A stretch of 64,000 bases of DNA from Gammaproteobacteria bacterium (GCA_965243205.1 CBDEUK010000002.1:896001-960000), one strand, 5' to 3'; shown: positions 49,194-61,473, numbered from the stretch's first letter. Numbers and translations are program-made. The notes: a model not told the origin generated them from the sequence alone.

Positions 49194-49733
49194 TTATCCT
49201 AACGAACGTCTATTTTTTAATGGTTGATTATTGATTGCAGTATTTTGAAATTCTTTAATCATATAAATTTTTTTCTTAAATTCTAGATGATGTTTTTTAT
49301 TTTCTAAATAATCCATCAATTTAAATAAATTGATAGGTTGCTGTTCTATTAGCTGACAGATATTTTCAACAGCTTTTTCGTGTTCATAATGATCAATAAA
49401 CTGACAGGCAGTTTGAGTTGGTGTCAGTATATAAAAATCTTGCTGACGCTTTGGAGTATATCGAATGATATCAAAAGGTGATGAACCTAATGCATGAAAT
49501 TTAGGAATAATACATTGCACATCTTCAACGTTATTTACTACTACATTACCACTCAATTGTTTAAATCCCTGAGTTTCTAGCATTTCAATAACATACTGAC
49601 GCATCGCAGGAGAGACCATATCGATATCAGAACGGTCATAATGTAGTTCATCAAAAATAGAAATAATATTGTCAGGTTGATTTAACAAATAAAGATAACG
49701 CCATTTTTTAATGATCGTTGTTTTATCTAACAT
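49194..49733 (-). CDS. Hypothetical protein
   Basis: 179-aa ORF; LGSSPFD and LTPTQTACQ look like conserved motifs. Confidence 0.7.
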   Translation of the reverse strand: MLDKTTIIKKWRYLYLLNQPDNIISIFDELHYDRSDIDMVSPAMRQYVIEMLETQGFKQLSGNVVVNNVEDVQCIIPKFHALGSSPFDIIRYTPKRQQDFYILTPTQTACQFIDHYEHEKAVENICQLIEQQPINLFKLMDYLENKKHHLEFKKKIYMIKEFQNTAINNQPLKNRRSLG

Positions 49734-49736
49734 TCA

Positions 49737-50309
49737 CTATTTCTTCTGACAATGTAACCATCGATGAAATAAACGTGACATCAATGGCATTAATACATAA
49801 GTCATCATTAATACCATAATCACAGAGAGTATTGCTATTTGAATAACGATATGAAAATTAGAAATTAACGATGATAATATATAATGCAATACAATAGATA
49901 ATGGAAAGATAGATAGCCAAACAATAATCGCCATTTTATGTTTTGGTGGTGGTACTAATGCTTCTCCACCTGGTAGAGTAAACCATGTTTCTAGACCACT
50001 GAGAATTTCGATCTCTTGCTCTTCTTGTTCAACTTTAGCGTATTCTTGCATCCAATGTTGGCGTACATCTGAACTTTCCCAAGCAAGATAATGACGCATG
50101 GAATCAAATTTAAACACAATACGGTAGTAATCCCCAACTGCTGTCGGCCGAATAATGTTAGCTCCTAGATGACCATCAAACATCATCGCATCTCTAGTCG
50201 TACCTGACATGATTTTTTCAAACTCATCAATGCGTTCAGGTTTCGGTTTTCTTTTTACAATAATCGTAACAGGACTATCACAATCGATACCAGAATCTTG
50301 CTTAGTCAT
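49737..50309 (-). CDS. Antibiotic biosynthesis monooxygenase-like domain with C-terminal TM helices
   Basis: GHLG, FDS...AWESS, GLETWF and PPKHKMA motifs. Confidence 0.85.
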   Translation of the reverse strand: MTKQDSGIDCDSPVTIIVKRKPKPERIDEFEKIMSGTTRDAMMFDGHLGANIIRPTAVGDYYRIVFKFDSMRHYLAWESSDVRQHWMQEYAKVEQEEQEIEILSGLETWFTLPGGEALVPPPKHKMAIIVWLSIFPLSIVLHYILSSLISNFHIVIQIAILSVIMVLMMTYVLMPLMSRLFHRWLHCQKK

Positions 50310-50482
50310 TAGTGAAGTAACCTCATGAATTCATATTAAAGTAAATTTAATTTATCTACGTAAAAACTAATAGCAAAATCATTAAAATATATAACCCACC
50401 ATATTCCGAACAGCGCAAATAAATACTGCTAACCTATATTAAAGAAATAGTTTAAAGACTAACTATTCTTCATTCTCATTCA

Positions 50483-52750
<2,268 letters not shown>

Positions 52751-52756
52751 TTTGCT

Positions 52757-52810
52757 AGAGTTAAGCTCGACCACGAAACGACGCAAGGAAGCGCCGTTGA
52801 TTAAATTGAA
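52757..52810 (-). repeat. Orphan diverged copy of the MATE leader segment
   Basis: 43/54 ungapped identity to 26762-26815, including 19 identical nt (CGCCGTTGATTAAATTGAA). Confidence 0.8.
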
Positions 52811-52950
52811 AGAATATTTCTTTTAAATTGTAAAAACTTGCTATGTTTTTAGTAAACTCTACTTATTGTCATATTATTAGTTTAATATGACTTCTAATTA
52901 TCCTCTGATTAAAAACTAAAACATAAGTTAATAATAAATAAGGAAGCATC

Positions 52951-53928
52951 ATGCTCCAACTAATTCGTAAATTTTTTATTAGTGTATTTTTTTATTTCTA
53001 TGTAGTGACTGTTCAAGCTACAACCTACAGCAATGTTTTTTTCTTTGGTGACAGTCTTACTGATACAGGTAGCCCAGTAGTCATTGGGTTTGTAACCAAC
53101 CCACCTTTTTCAGGCAACACCTATTCCGATGGTCCAGCATGGTCAACCACCTTTGCAAATAATCTTGGTTTTTCAGATGTGTATGGCGTGAATAATTTTG
53201 CCGTGGGTGGTGCCAGGAGTTTTGATCTTAATAATGATGCGACTGCTTATGGAGGAGTGTCTCAAGTAAATCAATATTTAACAGTATCTGCAGGCATTGC
53301 TGATGCCAATGCTTTATACGTTATCAATATTGGGGTGAATGATTTCTTTGATTCCTCAAATACAGGCTTGCCCCCAAGTCAAGTTATTACCAGTGTCTTA
53401 TCAAATATATCGACAGCAATATCGACATTGCAAAATGCTGGCGCACAACATTTTCTGTTAATGGATGCAACTGATTTAGTTAGCGTCTCTCCCAATACTG
53501 CTGATGAAATTAAAGCGCTTGTTAGAAGTGTAGGTCTTGATTTGCAGGCGCAATTTGCCACTGAATTTTCTAATCATCTGGTTTTCAGTCAACTCGATTT
53601 TTTTGATGCAATGAAAGCAATACATTTAGATAGCAATGGTAATGTTGGAATTACACCTGGTGAAACTGCAGCATATTGCCTTAATAACGTAACTTGTAAT
53701 GCTAATGCACCAGCAGGTGACAGCAGTAGTTTTCTATTGTTTGATACTATTCATCCAACCAAAAGTGTTAATGAAGCATTAGGTAATGCAGTCACCGCTG
53801 CAGTGGTTATGACTACTCCAACAACAGTACCCTTCCCTGTAATGTCTTTATTACTTTTAGCAGTAATACTGGGTAATTTTGGATTTATATTTACTAGTAA
53901 ATCATCACGTTCAAAACTAGAGTTCTAA
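52951..53928 (+). CDS. Secreted SGNH/GDSL hydrolase with C-terminal sorting signal
   Basis: FGDSLTDTG, NFAVGGA, GVND and FDTIHPT motifs; tail TVPFPVMSLLLLAVILGNFGF followed by basic residues. Confidence 0.85.
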   Translation: MLQLIRKFFISVFFYFYVVTVQATTYSNVFFFGDSLTDTGSPVVIGFVTNPPFSGNTYSDGPAWSTTFANNLGFSDVYGVNNFAVGGARSFDLNNDATAYGGVSQVNQYLTVSAGIADANALYVINIGVNDFFDSSNTGLPPSQVITSVLSNISTAISTLQNAGAQHFLLMDATDLVSVSPNTADEIKALVRSVGLDLQAQFATEFSNHLVFSQLDFFDAMKAIHLDSNGNVGITPGETAAYCLNNVTCNANAPAGDSSSFLLFDTIHPTKSVNEALGNAVTAAVVMTTPTTVPFPVMSLLLLAVILGNFGFIFTSKSSRSKLEF

Positions 53929-53946
53929 TAAAATAGCTTCTCTATT

Positions 53947-54507
53947 TTACTTTTTACACAACGTGTTAATATCTTCTGTAATTTTTTTAATAGAATCAGA
54001 GAGTGCATTTTGAAAAGATTTTTTCACTTCATCACCATCACCAGACCAATTAACACTCGAATCTCTTCCTCTATAATATTTTAATTTATCTAATTTATAA
54101 TTTTTTACAGCCAATACTAGATTGCTTGCTTTTGAAGTTTCAGATGACCTTATATGAGCTAATTTTAAAGAGATGTCTATTTTATAATTTATATTTGTAT
54201 CAGAATATCCATTGTTAACTATAAATCCGTTTCTATTAAAAGTATCTTTTATCCATACAATTAAATCTTCACTTAAAATTTCACGGAAGCCAAGATTACC
54301 TAAACTATTTTTATCATTGCGAATATCATCAACTTTTTGTATATAAACATCACAAAGTAAATTACTCGAATCAATTTTTTGTTTTGATTGTTTTTTTTGA
54401 ACAGTGGCAGATTCATTAAAGGAAACTACCATCGGTTCAGTACTACAAGCTGACGTTATTAGAAAAAGAATAGGTATAAGATATCGATATACTCTTATTC
54501 TCTGCAT
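53947..54507 (-). CDS. Hypothetical lipoprotein
   Basis: Lipobox TSAC; VDDIR motif reminiscent of YajG-like lipoproteins. Confidence 0.7.
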   Translation of the reverse strand: MQRIRVYRYLIPILFLITSACSTEPMVVSFNESATVQKKQSKQKIDSSNLLCDVYIQKVDDIRNDKNSLGNLGFREILSEDLIVWIKDTFNRNGFIVNNGYSDTNINYKIDISLKLAHIRSSETSKASNLVLAVKNYKLDKLKYYRGRDSSVNWSGDGDEVKKSFQNALSDSIKKITEDINTLCKK

Positions 54508-54517
54508 AAAAAATATC

Positions 54518-55252
54518 TTAATTTGAAATATTATTAGTTAGTAAATCATGTTTTATATTCAGAGCTATTTCTCTAGCATTTTTATTTAAAGCTTCTTTAA
54601 TTTCTTCTGCATCATGTTTTTCTCCACCGTACTTCAAAGGAGTAACAGAAGTTATAGTGTTATGATAAATATTATCTTCCTGATCCACTAGGCTTTCATT
54701 TTTATCATCAATCTCTCTGTATTCTAATAGAGACTCTTTTACAGGGAACATGAATAATTCGACACGAGTTTCTACAGATTGAAAATCAGGACTCATAAAA
54801 TATTTTGCTGTTAAGAATAATGTAGCTGAAGCCTTTGATAAATTATGTTTATTTTTAAATAAATCTTTTTGTGCAGCTCTTTCTAAAACTAAATCATTGA
54901 CTTTAAATTTTTCAATTAACTTAAACTCTTCTCCAAGTTGTTTCCATAACACATCAGCATAATCATAATCAATCAATTCATCACGAATAGGAGATACAGA
55001 TTCTTCAGCTTCATCTGTTTGAGAGCTTTCAATCGCCACATCAATTAAAGCAAAAAGTAAACCACCACCCGTTGCTGCAGTAATGTTAGAACCTTCTATA
55101 TCACCATAGATTTCATCTTGATCAACTATTAGAAAAGCATCTACATCATTTATTTTTTGACGTGCAGTTGGCTCTAAATGATGAGTAGGCTTTATCGAAT
55201 TACATCCAGATAAGATAAATAAAGATAACAAAACTAATATTAGCTTTTTCAT
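54518..55252 (-). CDS. Hypothetical lipoprotein
   Basis: Lipobox LSGC; GGGLLFALID glycine-zipper-like segment. Confidence 0.72.
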   Translation of the reverse strand: MKKLILVLLSLFILSGCNSIKPTHHLEPTARQKINDVDAFLIVDQDEIYGDIEGSNITAATGGGLLFALIDVAIESSQTDEAEESVSPIRDELIDYDYADVLWKQLGEEFKLIEKFKVNDLVLERAAQKDLFKNKHNLSKASATLFLTAKYFMSPDFQSVETRVELFMFPVKESLLEYREIDDKNESLVDQEDNIYHNTITSVTPLKYGGEKHDAEEIKEALNKNAREIALNIKHDLLTNNISN

Positions 55253-55292
55253 AGTAAATAATTTTTCCTATTTAAGTTTATTATGATTTAAA

Positions 55293-55832
55293 TTAATTTA
55301 GTAACGATTCGAATTCTTGATGATTAATAATTTTTCCAATTAAGTTTTGTACAGCAGGAATTAATGCCTTAGCAGTATTACTACATGCAACTTCTCCAAA
55401 AAAACTTGTATCATAATTGTAGTTTTCATTAATCATAATAGATTTACCATTTGAAGATTTTATGCTCAAAGATAAATACCAAACACCCGAATTTGATGAA
55501 AAATCAATATGATCTAAATTACCAGTTAATATGATAGGAGCATTATTAGAAAAGATATTGGCAGTTTCTAATTCTTCTTTAAAAGATTGCTTTATAAATT
55601 CTTCAAAGGTTTTTCTTCCTGGAGTTTCTATAGGGCCAATTCCTCTGCACATAATTGTGGTTCTTTCTGGGGTAGAAGATGTAAATTCACCGAGATTAAT
55701 TTTTTTATCGGTTAATTCTTCTAATCTATTCACATTATCTATAGATAATGAATAGCGATTAGCAGAATAGCTAGAGCAGCCACTAAAAAAAATGGTTATT
55801 ACAAATATGATAACAATTTTTAGGTAGGACAT
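55293..55832 (-). CDS. Hypothetical lipoprotein
   Basis: Lipobox FSGC; internal Cys pair. Confidence 0.72.
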   Translation of the reverse strand: MSYLKIVIIFVITIFFSGCSSYSANRYSLSIDNVNRLEELTDKKINLGEFTSSTPERTTIMCRGIGPIETPGRKTFEEFIKQSFKEELETANIFSNNAPIILTGNLDHIDFSSNSGVWYLSLSIKSSNGKSIMINENYNYDTSFFGEVACSNTAKALIPAVQNLIGKIINHQEFESLLN

Positions 55833-56017
55833 TTTCCTTCCTTAGAAATTATACTTATTATTCAGAATATATATTTTTTAACAGCTTTTAAAAAAAACAT
55901 CAAGCCTCTAATATAATTTATTTATATTGATAGAGTTTCGAAACTATTAATAATTACTCAATAATTATTAATTTTTTATCTGAATATATACATAATTATA
56001 ATATTTATTTTGGTTTT

Positions 56018-57946
56018 TCACCGAAAAACCAATTCTTCTAAATCATCGCGTTCAAAATTAAATACATATGCATAAAACGCTAGCTCAGACTTTAGTGTCT
56101 TTTGAATATTCTTAGCTTGTCTAAACCCATGCTGTTCACCTTCATAGGCTAAATAAACAACTGGAATATTTTTTTCTTTTAAACTATCAACCATCATCTC
56201 AGCTTGATTCGGCAAAACAATTTTATCTTCTAAACCTTGAAAGAAAATGACTGGACACGATAATTTATCTGTAGCATTGATCGGTGAACGTTGTTCATAA
56301 AGCTTTTTTGTTTCTGGATAAGGGCCAATCAAATTATCTAAATAACGTGATTCAAATTTGTGCGTCTCTTTAGCCAATGCGGTTAAATCACTAACACCAT
56401 AGTGACTCGCACCAACTTTAAACACATCTGTAAACGTTAACGACGCTAATGTTGTAAACCCCCCTGCACTACCACCACGTATCGCAAGTCGCTCCCTATC
56501 CACTTTCCCTATTTGTGCTAAATATAAAGCAGCTGCAGAGCAATCTTGTACATCCACAATCCCCCAGTTGCTATTTAGACATTGGCGATAAGCACGTCCA
56601 TAACCCGAGCTTCCACCATAATTCACATCAACAACCGCAAATCCTCGTGTGGTAAAATACTGTATTACCATTTTAATACCATTATGCGCCTGCCCTGTTG
56701 GTCCACCATGACTCATTACAATCAGAGGCGGTAGTTCATTATCTAAACCAGTATATTCGGAATGAGTTGGGGCATAATAAAATGCATGCGAACTATGACC
56801 TGATTCGGATTCATATTGAATGGCTTCACCAACTGAAATATCAGCATCATTAAAACTCAATTCGTTCGATCTTTTTAAGATGGTTTGTTTTTCTTCTTTA
56901 AAATCATAAGAACAAATACTTGGAGGGCGATTAGGATTCGCTGAAAGATAATATAAAGTATCATTATCAAATGTTAGCGATTCAATATCAGTTGCATCAA
57001 TATTGATAGATGCGAATTTATTATCGATCAAATTCAATCGAGCTAAATGATTAACACCTAAACTCGAATAATTTACAACAATAGTTTGTTCATCAACAAA
57101 CACATAATTCGATTCACCAAATGACCATTGCGGTACACCACATTCTGCTTCTATTTCATACAGGCAGACTTGTTGTCCATCTTCATGACGATAAATATTC
57201 CACCAACCATTTCGATCCGAAACAAAGTACAATTGATTATCAGGCGACCATATAGGTTGAATCACAGATTCATTTTTACCTGTAGTTAAAGCTTGTATGT
57301 TTTCTAGTAACCCTTTTTCATTAATATCTGCAATGCACAATTGTGTATCATCCCAAGGCATGTTGGGATGATTCCATTGGATCCAACTCAAACGAGAGTC
57401 AGTATTATCCAAACGTGGACTTGAATAAAAATAAGCCCCAGAAACAAGCGTAGTCAACTCACCTGAAACTAAATCGATAGCAGCAATACTATTTGCTGCC
57501 TCTTGCCCTTCTGTATGAGTTTCACAAACCGCAATTAATCGTTTATGACTTACGTCATACACTAAGTCAGCAAAGCGAGAATGTTCTTCATGGGTTAACG
57601 GTTTGATATCACCTGAAGATATTAAATAGATTTGTTGATCTTTGAAATTAACGAAAAAAATTCCTGCTTCACAAACAAGATAAGAACCACCACCATATTC
57701 ATGCACCCGTGTTCTAGCATTGTATGGTGCAGGATTCATATCACGCTGTTCTTTGCCATCATCAGCAACGATAACATATCGACCATTTTCCTCAGGTCGC
57801 ATTTCTATCCAATACACAATTCCATCGAATGCTTGAATCTCCCCCAAGCCGACAGAATGTTTCGTCATATCATCCACAGAAATTGGCGATGGCCAACTAC
57901 CATAAGCACGTTTTTGTTTTTCTTTCATAACCAGCATTCTAACCAA
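56018..57946 (-). CDS. S9-family (prolyl oligopeptidase / acylaminoacyl) peptidase
   Basis: YGSWPSPI, HEYGGG, HGGPT, GGSAGG and EQHGFR motifs. Confidence 0.92.
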   Translation of the reverse strand: MVRMLVMKEKQKRAYGSWPSPISVDDMTKHSVGLGEIQAFDGIVYWIEMRPEENGRYVIVADDGKEQRDMNPAPYNARTRVHEYGGGSYLVCEAGIFFVNFKDQQIYLISSGDIKPLTHEEHSRFADLVYDVSHKRLIAVCETHTEGQEAANSIAAIDLVSGELTTLVSGAYFYSSPRLDNTDSRLSWIQWNHPNMPWDDTQLCIADINEKGLLENIQALTTGKNESVIQPIWSPDNQLYFVSDRNGWWNIYRHEDGQQVCLYEIEAECGVPQWSFGESNYVFVDEQTIVVNYSSLGVNHLARLNLIDNKFASINIDATDIESLTFDNDTLYYLSANPNRPPSICSYDFKEEKQTILKRSNELSFNDADISVGEAIQYESESGHSSHAFYYAPTHSEYTGLDNELPPLIVMSHGGPTGQAHNGIKMVIQYFTTRGFAVVDVNYGGSSGYGRAYRQCLNSNWGIVDVQDCSAAALYLAQIGKVDRERLAIRGGSAGGFTTLASLTFTDVFKVGASHYGVSDLTALAKETHKFESRYLDNLIGPYPETKKLYEQRSPINATDKLSCPVIFFQGLEDKIVLPNQAEMMVDSLKEKNIPVVYLAYEGEQHGFRQAKNIQKTLKSELAFYAYVFNFERDDLEELVFR

Positions 57947-58224
57947 GTTATTTATATAAAACAGTATCCATAAAAATGAGATTATTCGTGACCTCTACAT
58001 AATGATGCATCACACAATAAATTATCGTAAGACAATTGAATACATATGTTTCGAATTTTTAAAATATTTTTAAGTTTTTTTTATTACATTAATTATGTGC
58101 AAAGCAACAATTTAATTAATGTTTTTTTTCGAATTTGTTACACAGAATTAACTAACATTACTTACGTAATTTAATTTATAATTCATCTGTAAATTTAGAA
58201 TATTTCAATGCAACATTATACGAG

Positions 58225-58470
58225 GTGACAATGATGAAACTATTAAACAAAGCATTTTTAGTTGCAGTTGTATCAGGCTTATCATTATCTGCATACGCCT
58301 TTGATGATCCGCAAACCGACTATGATTCATTATATGGTATTGGATCAGATTCAACAGTCGACGATCAAAAAGCGATAGATATTGCTGCTTTTGAAACTGT
58401 AACTATCAATGAAGATGAATACGAAAATACTGTTGATCCACAAACAGATTATAATTCGTTATATGAATAA
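58225..58470 (+). CDS. Small secreted acidic protein with duplicated DPQTDYxSLY motif
   Basis: Signal peptide ending in AYA; DPQTDYDSLY and DPQTDYNSLY; has its own terminator. Confidence 0.75.
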   Translation: MTMMKLLNKAFLVAVVSGLSLSAYAFDDPQTDYDSLYGIGSDSTVDDQKAIDIAAFETVTINEDEYENTVDPQTDYNSLYE

Positions 58471-58496
58471 AATTTAAATTACTACTTAATAATTTT

Positions 58497-58524
58497 AAAA
58501 AGCCTCAGCAATGAGGTTTTTTTT
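58497..58524 (+). terminator. Rho-independent terminator
   Basis: AAAAAGCCTCA-GCAA-TGAGGTTTTTTTT. Confidence 0.8.
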
Positions 58525-58540
58525 AAATAAAATATTTTAA

Positions 58541-59734
58541 CTAATTTCTCGGAGCAAGTATAAGTGCATGTTGTTGTTGATTGATTTTGAAATCGAAATT
58601 ACTCAAAAAATTCATGCCTAACAAACCCTCTCCCACACTGCCTGTATTCAAATCCATCACAGCCAATTCAATATTTGATAACTCAAAATCATCAACCCGA
58701 AATGAATTTACTCTATAAATAGGTGCCGTAACTATTCCGCCAGCGGTATTGAATTCTTGTTCTCTGATAAAAATAGCTGAAGAACTTTGTTGTAAAGCAT
58801 TAAAAGTTGATTCAGATATAGTTGTTATAGACGCACCAGTATCAATCATTAAATTAACAGGCAAGTAATTATCAATTAGAACTCTCACAACGTGATGAGA
58901 ACCCGTTGTTTTTAATGAAATAGCTTTACGTTCTAGCTTTTCATTCAGAATAGCTTGATCAATTTTATTGATAAGTTCTGTTGCTTTTGTACCAAATTTG
59001 TTGTCATCTGTTATCAAGTACAAATTACTTTTAGCTTCGCTATAACGTTCTAACTTAGCCAAAGCTTGGCCGTGCATCAATATAAGTGATGCATTATTCG
59101 AATCATGCCATAATAAACGTTGAGTTAATTCAATCAGCGCTTGCCAGTCTTGTAATTTTTTCAAACGTTTAATACGTTTATTAGAAATTTCTTTAATACG
59201 AGAATAAAAAACACTCTGTTGCGATTTTGTATTAGATTCTTTATACAAAACATATAATTGATCAATTGCAGCGATATATTTTTCTCTGACCAGTAACCGT
59301 TCTGCATCTAATTGACGCAACTCAATATCATTTGGATAAACTTTTAAACCTGCATCAATAAAACCATCAATACGAGAAGCATTAGGATCTTTAACTAACC
59401 AATTCTCACAAATCTTTAACCAATTATTTTTTAATAGATTTACATCATCTATATCACGACGACTTAGCAACAACCATGCTTCATAATAACTTTCATTTTC
59501 AAAAAGAAACTGCAACTCCTTAAGCCATTCTGTTTTATCTTTATTTATAGTTTCTTGTTCCTGAATTGGATTAATTAAAGAAATATTATCATCTGGAGTT
59601 ATCGTATAATCGGGCTCATATCCGATTATGTTGTCTATAGTACTTATTTCATTTTTCTGAATCAGATACCAGTTAAGGCCAAGGGACGCTACTAAGAAAA
59701 GAATAAGAAAAATACTGAGATTCGAAAAACGCAT
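58541..59734 (-). CDS. TPR-like helical protein with C-terminal retropepsin-like aspartic protease domain
   Basis: N-terminal TM segment; MIDTGAS and GLLGMNFL motifs. Confidence 0.85.
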   Translation of the reverse strand: MRFSNLSIFLILFLVASLGLNWYLIQKNEISTIDNIIGYEPDYTITPDDNISLINPIQEQETINKDKTEWLKELQFLFENESYYEAWLLLSRRDIDDVNLLKNNWLKICENWLVKDPNASRIDGFIDAGLKVYPNDIELRQLDAERLLVREKYIAAIDQLYVLYKESNTKSQQSVFYSRIKEISNKRIKRLKKLQDWQALIELTQRLLWHDSNNASLILMHGQALAKLERYSEAKSNLYLITDDNKFGTKATELINKIDQAILNEKLERKAISLKTTGSHHVVRVLIDNYLPVNLMIDTGASITTISESTFNALQQSSSAIFIREQEFNTAGGIVTAPIYRVNSFRVDDFELSNIELAVMDLNTGSVGEGLLGMNFLSNFDFKINQQQHALILAPRN

Positions 59735-59917
59735 TAACTTTTGTCTATAAAAAATGAAAAGGATTATTTACTCTTAATTCAGTTAGATTTTACTGTCTTA
59801 TAAAATAGACAAGACGGGAATCAATAGATTCAATGTATAGCAAAAATCTATATTTTTCCAATATGATTTTATATTTGTATATCTATAATAAGCAGTTCGT
59901 AAATTAGGAATGAGACC

Positions 59918-60544
59918 ATGAGTTACTCAACTAAGTTTTGGAACCGCACAGCAAAAAAATACGCAGCAACACCCGTACCCAATGAAGAAATTTATCAAAA
60001 AAAATTACAAGAAACACAGAAATATCTAGAACAAGATATGAATGTATTAGAGTTTGGTTGTGGCACAGGTTCAACGGCATTAGTACATTCACCATTGGTA
60101 AAATCTTACACTGCAATTGACTCATCAGAAAAGATGCTCGAAATCGCTCGCTCAAAATTACATGCAACGGATATCGATAATCTACAGTTTGAAGTTTTAT
60201 CCATCGAAGATCTAGATATTAACAAAAATCAATTTGATATGGTTTTAGGATTAAGTATTTTGCATTTGTTAGAAGATCCAAATGCGGCGATACAAAAAAC
60301 AAATAAACTATTACGATCTGGCGGTTATTTTGTCAGCAGCTCAGCATGCATTATGGACTTCATGCCCTGGTTTCGATTTATTACACCATTGTTAAGTTTC
60401 TTATCTATTATTCCCAAAGTTACGTTTTTTAGTCATTCGGAATTAATCGAAATGTTAGAAAGTAATGGTTTTGAAATACTTTTTGAACTTGAAAGAGAAT
60501 CGCAAAAGGAAGCCTGCTTTATTATTGCGAAAAAAATTCAATAA
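59918..60544 (+). CDS. Class I SAM-dependent methyltransferase
   Basis: FWNRTAKKY, LEFGCGTG and ILHL motifs. Confidence 0.88.
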   Translation: MSYSTKFWNRTAKKYAATPVPNEEIYQKKLQETQKYLEQDMNVLEFGCGTGSTALVHSPLVKSYTAIDSSEKMLEIARSKLHATDIDNLQFEVLSIEDLDINKNQFDMVLGLSILHLLEDPNAAIQKTNKLLRSGGYFVSSSACIMDFMPWFRFITPLLSFLSIIPKVTFFSHSELIEMLESNGFEILFELERESQKEACFIIAKKIQ

Positions 60545-60577
60545 TACGTACTCTGCTTCAATTAAGTGGATAAAAGA

Positions 60578-60868
60578 TTAACCACCACCCGCCTTTAGTA
60601 TGTGATTTCTAAAACTGGTATGAAATTCTTTTGCTTCATTTTCATTGTAATCAGGCATCTCTACCTCAATTTTTTCCATTGGCAAATTTAGTGAGCCCAA
60701 ATGTCGAATCGGCTCATCATGAATAACAATCTCTATGGTTCGATCACCATCGAAAACGGTAACAACATTATCCACTATTTCATACGGACGATGATCAATA
60801 GCCATTGGTAATAAACGCAGAAACTCAGAATGCGTACACTGCATTTCTGTTGTAAACGAAGTAGACAT
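60578..60868 (-). CDS. Hypothetical protein ending in GGG
   Basis: RBS CAGGAG; EFLRLLP, LGSLNLP and terminal KAGGG. Confidence 0.75.
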   Translation of the reverse strand: MSTSFTTEMQCTHSEFLRLLPMAIDHRPYEIVDNVVTVFDGDRTIEIVIHDEPIRHLGSLNLPMEKIEVEMPDYNENEAKEFHTSFRNHILKAGGG

Positions 60869-60961
60869 ATTAGTCTCCTGTTTAGTGGTTAAACTCTGGA
60901 GATAATATATTCAACCACGAAATTTCTAACATTGATCTAAATCAAGTGAACTGAATAATAA

Positions 60962-61126
60962 CTAACTCAAAAGGCGATTCATTTCCTTAGCCAATTCCTC
61001 AATTTCATCGGCATACATTTGCAAAATAAGTGCACCGACTAATCCAGGGAAATTTTCTTTCATTTCCCATGAAATAACGTCTAATCGTTCCGAGATTTCA
61101 AACAACCTGAGTTTTCTCTCATTCAT
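60962..61126 (-). CDS. Putative 54-aa helical small protein, divergent from the XRE gene
   Basis: AAGGAA RBS; MNERKLRLFEISERLDVISWEMKENFPGLVGALILQMYADEIEELAKEMNRLLS*. Not in the ORF track. Confidence 0.55.
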   Translation of the reverse strand: MNERKLRLFEISERLDVISWEMKENFPGLVGALILQMYADEIEELAKEMNRLLS

Positions 61127-61147
61127 TCAAGTAATTCCTTTTAATGC

Positions 61148-61193
61148 CGCCATATATTGCGTGGTGTTGCTAGGGATACTGCCATAAATTGCG
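61148..61193. promoter_or_regulatory. Paired pseudo-palindromic operators
   Basis: GCCATATATTGCG at 61149 and GCCATAAATTGCG at 61181. Confidence 0.55.
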
Positions 61194-61218
61194 GGTTATC
61201 TCAAATCAATTATGTTCA

Positions 61219-61461
61219 ATGCCAAAATCTAAAAAATACAATCCAGATTTTGAAAAGCTTTCTTTAAAAGTCCAAAAGAGAATTAAAGAGCTGAGATTAG
61301 AGTGTGGCCTATCACAAGAAGACTTAATGGATTACGAAATTTCATTAAGAACAATTCAAAGAATTGAACAATGTAAAGAGCCCGTGAATATTACATTATT
61401 AACGTTACACAGACTTGCCAATGCCTTTGGTGTGAAAACAAAAGAGCTGCTTGATATTTAA
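61219..61461 (+). CDS. XRE-family HTH regulator
   Basis: RIKELRLECGLSQEDL..ISLRTIQRIE...NITLLTLHRLANAFGV; ATG at 61219 (MPKSKK). Confidence 0.85.
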   Translation: MPKSKKYNPDFEKLSLKVQKRIKELRLECGLSQEDLMDYEISLRTIQRIEQCKEPVNITLLTLHRLANAFGVKTKELLDI

Positions 61462-61473
61462 TAAGCTTAACGC

